From IMG/VR virus record IMGVR_UViG_3300028797_000632, positions 1 to 23,973 of that record: a DNA stretch of 23,973 nt, one strand, 5' to 3'. Shown here one piece after another: positions 8,758-15,252 of this stretch (the first letter of the stretch is position 1; every line of letters starts with the position of its first letter). The DNA comes from a virus. A model generated the notes under the pieces. That model was given only the letters and a program-made list of their open reading frames with translations, did not search any database and had not been told where the DNA came from. A program made the position numbers and the translations under genes.

Positions 8758-9121
8758 GGATATCCATTAAGTTATAACCATGATGCGTTGCCCACTGCTG
8801 AAATTGTTTCCAATATCCGCATGTGGAGAATTCTGGACATCCACAACGATATACGCAATTCGGTACCATCACATTCGACAGTTCTTTCTGGTCGCAATCA
8901 TCACGGATTGCAACCTTAAGTTCTTCCATATGGTGGCGAGTTTCCGGCGACGCCTGATAACATAATCTCCATCTAGCAACATTAATCAACGCTTGTGCAT
9001 TAGCATTGACATCCATGCTAACAAGTGTATCTTGCGGAGATTCATCACGATTTACGCCGGTTCTATCACTACGTTGTGTTGATATCCACTTATCCCAACC
9101 AAGCCAGTGTCGTGCAAACAT
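8684..9121 (-). CDS. hypothetical Cys-containing protein
   Basis: 145 aa with CVYRCGCPEFSTCGYW. It overlaps the previous ORF in another frame. Confidence 0.4.
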   Translation of the reverse strand: MFARHWLGWDKWISTQRSDRTGVNRDESPQDTLVSMDVNANAQALINVARWRLCYQASPETRHHMEELKVAIRDDCDQKELSNVMVPNCVYRCGCPEFSTCGYWKQFQQWATHHGYNLMDIHERYDAYNKYFYDRRNNDGQNQTT

Positions 9122-9271
9122 TTATACCGCTCATTACTGAGTACTTTAACTCTGTTTTCAACAGACGGATTAGACTATCTCATCATCCACACATAAGTGT
9201 TAGGATGCGGTGCGCTTCCAGCGGTACGTCTCCGCTGTACTTCCTTTCGGAATAGTCGTTACAAAAAGAAA

Positions 9272-10195
9272 TTATTCTGTTTTATATGTTTCATTGTTAA
9301 CAATGTGATATATCGTTTTAATACTCGAACGTGATTTAAACTTTTCATAGATTTGAGGTACTTTCATCCCGTCTTTATACATCTGCCTAATAGTGTCAAC
9401 CTCATCTTGTGAAAATTTGGCATTATTATTTCTACATCCATTTTGACGTCCTTTTGGTTTTGTGTGCTTTTTTCTATTATTTGGAAGATCGCTCTGTATG
9501 TGCTTAAATGTATTATTGTTCCAAACATCCATAAATGTATTGAAGTTTTCTATCCCTGAAATTTCAAATACTTCAGCGCACGATAACCGCCCTTTGTTGT
9601 ATTCATCTCTTATCAATATTACTTGTTCATCTGTAACAACTTTAATTGATTCATGAGATTGAACTTTATCATAATTGTTTCTATGAAAATTTTTATTTTC
9701 GTCTGTATAAACGTCTAAATGGATATTTTTCCATGTTTTGCCATGCCAGATATCATTGAATGTATTTATGCTAATTTTGTCAGCGTATTTTTTATAAACA
9801 TTCTGTTTGTCATCATGTTTATTATACGACTCCCTAATATCCCAAATCTCTTCAGATGTCATTTTTGAATTTGGATTATCTTCATTTAATAAATAAGAAT
9901 TAAGATTCCCGCCGGTTGATATATTGTACCCAGCATCACGATTTGTAGAATTATATTTCTAAATATAATATATTTCACGTTCATTTAATTTTTCTTTATC
10001 ACATTCTTCAAGGATATCAAAAGAAAATGCATCAACACCGTATTTATACATCGCTTTATACAAATAAGAATCTTTTCTTTCCGACTCTTGTTTATATTTA
10101 CGCTTATGTTCTCCCCATCTTCTTTTTATATCAATTGATTGTCCAATATATACTTTATTGTTAACAAGATTTCTTATAATATATATTCCAGCCAT
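9272..10195 (-). CDS. GIY-YIG homing endonuclease (I-TevI/Seg-like: GIY-YIG domain plus NUMOD/IENR-type DNA-binding repeats) interrupted by one in-frame TAG (9959-9961)
   Basis: N-terminal part (track ORF 9959..10195): MAGIYIIRNLVNNKVYIGQS...RRWGEHK...EREIYYI, then TAG, then in-frame KYNSTNRDAGYNISTGGN... running into track ORF 9272..9862.
- The interrupted stretch aligns with I-TevI ERENFWIKELNSKINGYNI, so the TAG sits inside the conserved domain.
- No frameshift.
- SD GAAGGAAAATT-ATG.
- The downstream half carries two HTH-like repeats (...LSCAEVFEISGIE..., ...DEVDTIRQMYKDGMKVPQIYEKF). Confidence 0.8.
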
Positions 10196-10321
10196 AATTT
10201 TCCTTCTCGGTATTGCCCTAAGTATAGGGGTTTCACCGATAGCATATTTTTAATACACCCCAATTTGTAAGATTGGTTCACACCGTTTTCATTTACACAT
10301 TACTGTGTAAAGGCACTTCAA

Positions 10322-10522
10322 TTAATGCGTCGCGACCCAGCTTTTAATGTTTGGCCATTTCCACCGAATTGTAATTAATCTAATCGGCGAATGTTCAGAG
10401 ATTAACAAATTATGTATAAACTGTTTGGACGGAACATTGTCTGTCGGATCTTTATTAACTGTATTTCTGCACTCATTTTTCGCCGCCGTCCAATCGGCAT
10501 TAACATTGAGAATTTTAATCAT
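10322..10522 (-). CDS. hypothetical protein
   Basis: 66-aa ORF whose start overlaps the stop of the ThyA-like gene. Confidence 0.35.
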   Translation of the reverse strand: MIKILNVNADWTAAKNECRNTVNKDPTDNVPSKQFIHNLLISEHSPIRLITIRWKWPNIKSWVATH

Positions 10523-11300
10523 TGTTCTTCAGCGTCTCAACTTTCTCCATAATCATTGGTATTGCTTCGTCCATGATGTCTTTCCAATCACCGTCATACT
10601 CATAAGTAATATCTTCTTTGTCTTCAGCAGTATCAATGCGCCACGCATATCCATGAAGAAGTTCCCAATCTTTTTCGTAGCAATGAAAACTATTCGCTCG
10701 ATGTGTGTAAGTGCCAACTTTAACACCAAGTTCATCGGCGATTCGTTTCTGCAACATAATCAATGCAAACGCATTCATAAATGTTGCTTTGGCGGCATCA
10801 TTTGACCTAAATAACACATCGCAATCAAGTTCACCATTGCGAATGAAATATTGGATATGCTGTAAACAAGCTGGATCATCAGAACCAATATCATCAATAC
10901 TACGAATAAACATAACCGCCCTTCTACTCGACGGATTGCGACGAAGTTCATTTATCACAAAACTAATCTGATTAATTAGATAACCTTCACGCCCAGGATA
11001 TTCCGTCATACGCTGATGGTATGTGTATGTCCAGTTGCCACGATCAACTTCGAAATCCAGAATACCATCCAACATTTCCATGACGTATTGCTGAAGTTCT
11101 TCTGGCCCGCCAATAAAGCATTTTGATATCATCGGTTCTCGTAGCGGATATTGGATTACCATTGTCGCAGATAATTCTTTCTGTCGTGTGTTCCAGTCGG
11201 CACAGTCAGTAACGTCGCCGCAATAATATAATGTCGTTAGCGCTTTGTGATATGCTTGAGGCAGTGTATCTTCACAAAATAAATATTCTTTCATTGGCAA
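10515..11300 (-). CDS. ThyA-family enzyme: thymidylate synthase or dUMP hydroxymethylase (dUMP-specific Asn retained)
   Basis: Aligns to ThyA as follows:
- NPSSRRAVMFIRS with DPDSRRIIVSAWN.
- PACLQHIQYFI with APCHAFFQFYV (catalytic Cys).
- GELDCDVLFRSNDAAKATFMNAFAL with [27 protein letters not shown].
Asp and Asn are conserved, and the Asn implies dUMP rather than dCMP as substrate. The N-terminus is divergent. SD AAGGAAAATTG-ATG. Confidence 0.75.
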   Translation of the reverse strand: MPMKEYLFCEDTLPQAYHKALTTLYYCGDVTDCADWNTRQKELSATMVIQYPLREPMISKCFIGGPEELQQYVMEMLDGILDFEVDRGNWTYTYHQRMTEYPGREGYLINQISFVINELRRNPSSRRAVMFIRSIDDIGSDDPACLQHIQYFIRNGELDCDVLFRSNDAAKATFMNAFALIMLQKRIADELGVKVGTYTHRANSFHCYEKDWELLHGYAWRIDTAEDKEDITYEYDGDWKDIMDEAIPMIMEKVETLKNND

Positions 11301-11319
11301 TTTTCCTTTAATAAATTAT

Positions 11320-11451
11320 TTATCTTCTTCGGTCGTCTTTGAACCACCGAGGAATTAGCCATTCGTAACCAAGCCAGATAACCATAACCACATCGCGACA
11401 GACATACCATCGCGGTTTCAATTTATACAATATATTTTTAACCCTATTCAT
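11320..11451 (-). CDS. possible 43-aa small ORF in the ThyA 5' leader (MNRVKNILYKLKPRWYVCRDVVMVIWLGYEWLIPRWFKDDRRR)
   Basis: SD GAGGAG lies 7 nt before the ATG. It sits between the predicted promoter and the ThyA start. Coordinates are approximate, give or take 2 nt. Confidence 0.25.
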   Translation of the reverse strand: MNRVKNILYKLKPRWYVCRDVVMVIWLGYEWLIPRWFKDDRRR

Positions 11452-11470
11452 AACCAACTCCTCGGTTCGT

Positions 11471-11499
11471 ATTATACCAAAAATTGTTATTATTGTCTA
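11471..11499 (-). promoter_or_regulatory. sigma70-type promoter: TAGACA, 17-nt spacer, extended -10 TGgTATAAT
   Basis: On the minus strand the -35 TAGACA is at 11494-11499. A 17-nt spacer follows, then TGG and TATAAT at 11471-11476. It lies in the 214-bp gap between ligA and the ThyA-like gene. Confidence 0.55.
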
Positions 11500-11514
11500 T
11501 GTGTTGCTTAATAT

Positions 11515-13428
11515 TTAATTAATAAGTTTGAGAAAATCAGCTTCAGAAATTATCTCGACACCAAGTTCCTTCGCTCGTTTATTCTTGCCACTGGTTGATG
11601 CGACATCGTTATTAATCAAATAATCAGTGTTTTTGCTAACTGAACTCGCCACATGACCGCCATTATCCTCAATTGCTTTGACCAGTTCATTACGGTTGCT
11701 ATAATTCTGAAGTTTACCAGTAATAACAAATGATTTCCCAGAAAGCGCTCCATTATTGGTCGGCTTATTCATAATATTATCACTCTGGAAACTCAGAATA
11801 CTACGCAAGAAATTGAATTCTGAGCGGTTTTTCTTCATCCAAGTGTAAATGTTTTTATTCAATATTGGCCCAATACCAGGGATTGACGAGAAATCAAATC
11901 CGCTGTCGATTGCATTTACAAACTCGTTAATGTTGTGGAAACGAGCAAAGATTAATTTGGTTTGTCCAGCGCCGATGTTCGGTATGCTCAGTGCCGTAAT
12001 AAATTTACGAGGATCAACATCATGTGTGCTTGCTTCGATTGATTTCAGCAATTTATCAACAGATTTTTTGCCAAACCCAGACAAGTGCAACATTCCGGAC
12101 TGATATGCATTGAGCAAATAAATATCGCCGAGACTATGAAGCCAACCCATGCTAATAAATGTCTGAAGCGTTGCTTCGGATAATCCATCAATATCCATGC
12201 CCTTTTTGCTGACAAAATGTGTGAGCTTGCCCAACAGTTTACCCTCGCAATCCTCATTCACACACATCAGCACTTCGGTGTTGTTATCTTTGACAATTTT
12301 TGTCGGTTCTCCGCAAATTGGACAAACAGAAGGAACTGCAATTGCACCATTACCATCCTGATCAACGTGATCAATCTGGGGAATGATTTGATTCGCTTTG
12401 TATATGTAGCAAGTGCAACCATTAGTTAATCCAAGTTCATTCATAATACTCAAATTATGAAGACTTGCTCTTTCAACTTCGCTACCATCAATCATTACTG
12501 ATGGAGAGAATACTGCTACCGGTGTAATTTGCCCAGTTTTACCAACTTGCCAGATAACTTCCTTAAGCTTTGTTGCATAAGTTTCATCTTGATATTTATA
12601 TGCTACTGCTCCAAGCGGATGATGTTCTGTCATTCCTAACGATTTTCCGTATTGGATATCATCATACTTGATTACAACACCATCAATTGGAAAACCTTCT
12701 TTGTTGGCATTGTTCTTGATTAATGTCAAGATTCTCGTGATCTCTTCCATTGTTTCAGCGCCATTCAACATATACTTATAAACAGTTTCAAATCCAAGGA
12801 AATTGGCTTCAATAAGATTAGCACATAAACTATTGTTACTACCACCCTCAATTACATCCCAACCATAGAACTTCAAATGTCGTTTCGCAGATTCAGCGCC
12901 GTCCAACAAATTAAGAGATCCGGCTGCAAGATTGCGAGGGTTCTTATACTCACCATTGGTGTTGATGCTATCAAAATCGCCTTGCAGTATTACGCATTCA
13001 CCATCAATAACATATTTGCCAATGCGATTGATAACCTTCGGTAGATTACTGATGGAATTTGCGTGATGCATAATATCATTGCCAACATTACCATCGCCTC
13101 TAGTTTCGAGACGCACAAGAATACCATCCTGATAAGTAGCGGAAATTGTCAATCCATCAGCTTTATACATTGCCAAGCACTGTCTGTCTTTAATGAACTT
13201 CTTGACTTCAAATTCGGAATGAATTTTGTCAAGCGACAGCATTGGATGCTGATGTGTGATCTTAGCAATACTGTCAACTGGTGATGCACCAACGGTTTCG
13301 ACGTATCCAAGATGTTTGGCTTGCTCAACAAGCCGGTCATATTCTTCGTCTGTAAGTTGCGACGTGCCATAGTTGTAGTAATCCTCTTTGGCTTTTTGAA
13401 TTTTGCCAACTAAATCATCGTATTTCAT
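11515..13428 (-). CDS. ligA: NAD+-dependent DNA ligase (LigA)
   Basis: It has the adenylation motif YKADG (KxDG) and the Zn finger CPICGEPTKIV...CVNEDC. HhH regions and a C-terminal BRCT domain (KSFVITGKL...GGHVASSVSKNTDYLI) are present. Length is about 640 aa. The start is assigned to MKYDDLVG, preceded by GTGGAGAATAAAT-ATG. Confidence 0.9.
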   Translation of the reverse strand: MKYDDLVGKIQKAKEDYYNYGTSQLTDEEYDRLVEQAKHLGYVETVGASPVDSIAKITHQHPMLSLDKIHSEFEVKKFIKDRQCLAMYKADGLTISATYQDGILVRLETRGDGNVGNDIMHHANSISNLPKVINRIGKYVIDGECVILQGDFDSINTNGEYKNPRNLAAGSLNLLDGAESAKRHLKFYGWDVIEGGSNNSLCANLIEANFLGFETVYKYMLNGAETMEEITRILTLIKNNANKEGFPIDGVVIKYDDIQYGKSLGMTEHHPLGAVAYKYQDETYATKLKEVIWQVGKTGQITPVAVFSPSVMIDGSEVERASLHNLSIMNELGLTNGCTCYIYKANQIIPQIDHVDQDGNGAIAVPSVCPICGEPTKIVKDNNTEVLMCVNEDCEGKLLGKLTHFVSKKGMDIDGLSEATLQTFISMGWLHSLGDIYLLNAYQSGMLHLSGFGKKSVDKLLKSIEASTHDVDPRKFITALSIPNIGAGQTKLIFARFHNINEFVNAIDSGFDFSSIPGIGPILNKNIYTWMKKNRSEFNFLRSILSFQSDNIMNKPTNNGALSGKSFVITGKLQNYSNRNELVKAIEDNGGHVASSVSKNTDYLINNDVASTSGKNKRAKELGVEIISEADFLKLIN

Positions 13429-13603
13429 ATTTATTCTCCACATCAAATTTATAACGATCCATTATGTTGCTATGGAGCAATCCTGCCGGATCTTTGTCTA
13501 CGGTGTACCCGCAGTCACAAATGTAACTGCGAATACCGTGGTTTGTGGTGCCATCAAAGAATAATTTCATCTTGAGAACTTTGCCACACTTGGGACAATA
13601 CAT
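13415..13603 (-). CDS. small zinc-ribbon protein (CPKCG...CDCG)
   Basis: 62 aa. MYCPKCGKV...YICDCGYTV forms a C4 ribbon. It overlaps the ligA start. Confidence 0.5.
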   Translation of the reverse strand: MYCPKCGKVLKMKLFFDGTTNHGIRSYICDCGYTVDKDPAGLLHSNIMDRYKFDVENKYEIR

Positions 13604-13637
13604 AATGATTTCTCCTTTAATATATTATGAATATTAA

Positions 13638-14921
13638 TTATTTAGCACTATTTCTTCTTAGATAATCATGTTCAATAGACACCTTGGGATTTCTCCGATA
13701 ATTATAGATTTTCTCAATCTGAAGAAGAGCGTCTCTAATCGACTTAATCTTTGTCATTTTCCCATAATTTTTGCGCAGTCTTTTCAGCAGAAATTCGTTA
13801 TCAATTTCTGGATGATTAAAACAAAATGCAAGAGCAATCTTGAAGTAATCTCCGCGACCGCCAACTTCACTTACGATGTTTTTGAACTTCAATTCATATG
13901 TAAGAACAGAGGTTGCTCTCTTAACATCATCGGCAGAACATTTAAGTTTACCACTTCTAATAATTTCGGCATCGGCAGCTGTGATTGATCCAGAGCCAGT
14001 AACTGCGTGATAAACATTGGTAAACCCGACGTCCTCAAATCTGCGATACAACTCCATGAAATTGCGATAGTCGTTTGAAGTTTTTGCCAAACGTGCAATA
14101 TGGTTCATGTTTGAATCTGCAAACTGAATAGTGTTAGTTTTGGAAGCAAAACCACTCTTGTCAACAGTGGTCACATTGGTATTTTTCTTGGATTTATTAC
14201 TGTTTATTCTTTCCTTGTATATCTTGGACTTGGCATTTATTTCACTTACAGCTTGATTAAAATCTCCAAAACCGTGAACACACATATAGTAATTGCTCCA
14301 CTTATCTTTATCCACAAGCATATATCCTTCTTTGTGCATCCACGGAACAACATCTTCATTTTCATTCATATATCTATGAGTAAAATGATCATTTCCTTTG
14401 CTAAACACTTTTGATTTATCATTGCTATATAAATCGTCCGTTATCGTCATAAAGTGACCGATGACTTTGTCTTCTACGGTTTCGATATACGAAAGAATAA
14501 CTTGCGGTCTTTTATGCTCCGCACTTCTATCCTTTACTTTAACACCATATATCATTTCATCACTCATCATCTCTTCTAAGTAGTTCATTTTTTCGATCTC
14601 CTCTTCTGTGTATTTAAACCCTTCCGATCTTGGCGCACCGCCATAAACCTAATTGTAATATTTTCTATTACGAACAACGTCAAGTTTTTGAGTTATCTTT
14701 TGTTCTTGCTTATATAGTTCTGCTTCAGTTTTACACACTTTAAGTATTTTTTTCTTAAAATTCTATCTGCCATATAACTTAAGCGCTTTCAAAAATGCCG
14801 TTCCACTGCCTAAGTAGTCATCTTCTTCTATTGCGCAATGGCAAGTTCTTCTACCAACATATTCCATATTGTTAATAAGATTTGTAGTACAATAAATGTA
14901 ACGATTAGTTATTTCTTTCAT
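13638..14921 (-). CDS. second GIY-YIG homing endonuclease, interrupted by two in-frame TAG codons (14763-14765 and 14649-14651)
   Basis: From the ATG at 14921 (SD AAGGAGTAATA-ATG) the minus-strand reading is MKEITNRYIYCTTNLINNMEYVGRRT...ALKLYGR-TAG-NFKKKILKVCKTEAELYKQEQKITQKLDVVRNRKYYN-TAG-VYGGAPRSEG...
- This runs in frame (111 codons) into the 316-aa track ORF 13638..14588.
- It carries GIY...YVG motifs and an RNRKYYN-TAG segment homologous to EREIYYI-TAG in the first endonuclease and to ERENFWIK in I-TevI.
- The pieces were missed by the ORF track because they are shorter than 60 aa. Confidence 0.7.
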
Positions 14922-14938
14922 TATTACTCCTTAATATA

Positions 14939-15130
14939 TTATTTATTTGAGATTCCCCACAATAAATCATCAAACAAATAATATGTCTTATGTCGATTTC
15001 TCAACCAAAACCACCACAATTCAAGCTTCTGCCACCAATACAACTTTATCCCATAATACTTCTTCACAAACTCAACGATCTCGTCAGTAGTCCAATGATG
15101 TTTCTCAATAGCCATAGGCACCTCCAACAA
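14939..15130 (-). CDS. hypothetical Trp-rich small protein
   Basis: 63 aa with SD GGAGGTGCCT-ATG. A near-consensus promoter lies directly upstream. Confidence 0.45.
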   Translation of the reverse strand: MLEVPMAIEKHHWTTDEIVEFVKKYYGIKLYWWQKLELWWFWLRNRHKTYYLFDDLLWGISNK

Positions 15131-15140
15131 TTACCCCACT

Positions 15141-15169
15141 ATAATACACTATCAAGTCGATTTTGTCAA
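15141..15169 (-). promoter_or_regulatory. near-consensus sigma70 promoter: TTGACA, 17 nt, TATTAT
   Basis: On the minus strand the -35 TTGACA is at 15164-15169, followed by a 17-nt spacer and -10 TATTAT at 15141-15146. The SD+ATG of ORF 14939..15130 lie about 25 nt further on. Confidence 0.6.
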
Positions 15170-15189
15170 TAGTTTTGTTTAATATATGA

Positions 15190-15226
15190 TTAATGTTTTT
15201 TTCGGGCGAACAATTAAGTCCGCCCA
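15190..15226. other. GC hairpin (GGGCGG-11 nt-CGCCCG) flanked by T7 and A-rich runs, in the gap between the MVP-like gene and the downstream promoter
   Basis: Plus strand: tttttttcGGGCGaacaattaagtCCGCCCatatataaaa. No proper U-tract follows in the minus-strand sense, so this is a possible but weak terminator or processing site. Confidence 0.25.
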
Positions 15227-15252
15227 TATATAAAATACTCCCACAAGTTACA

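Noticed and set aside
9122-9271. Hairpins (CAGCGG-7 nt-CCGCTG and TTCC-GAAA-GGAA) downstream of endonuclease #1 as a terminator or small RNA
   Set aside because: They are not followed by a U-tract on the transcribed strand, and no tRNA-like features are present. This may simply be the endonuclease insertion boundary or a processing site, so I left it uncalled.
10322-10522. DHFR (frd) expected next to thyA as in T4
   Set aside because: The 66-aa product has no resemblance to DHFR motifs. It is left as hypothetical.
10347-10805. 152-aa plus-strand ORF, and the other plus-strand ORFs in the track (for example 930..1145, 2471..2758, 15620..15976, 16126..16467, 23032..23433, 23159..23563)
   Set aside because: Every one lies antisense to a minus-strand gene with clear homology or SD/coupling signals. 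None has an SD, and the composition is low-complexity (Ser/Leu/Ile-rich). They are antisense artefacts of AT-rich coding DNA.
9272-14921. Reading the TAG-interrupted endonuclease genes as ordinary decayed pseudogenes
   Set aside because: Three interruptions across two genes are all TAG. The frames are perfectly maintained. One TAG position is shared between the two genes. A UAG-reading tRNA is encoded 3-7 kb away. TAG is avoided as a terminator elsewhere. Pseudogenisation remains the alternative but explains these observations less well.
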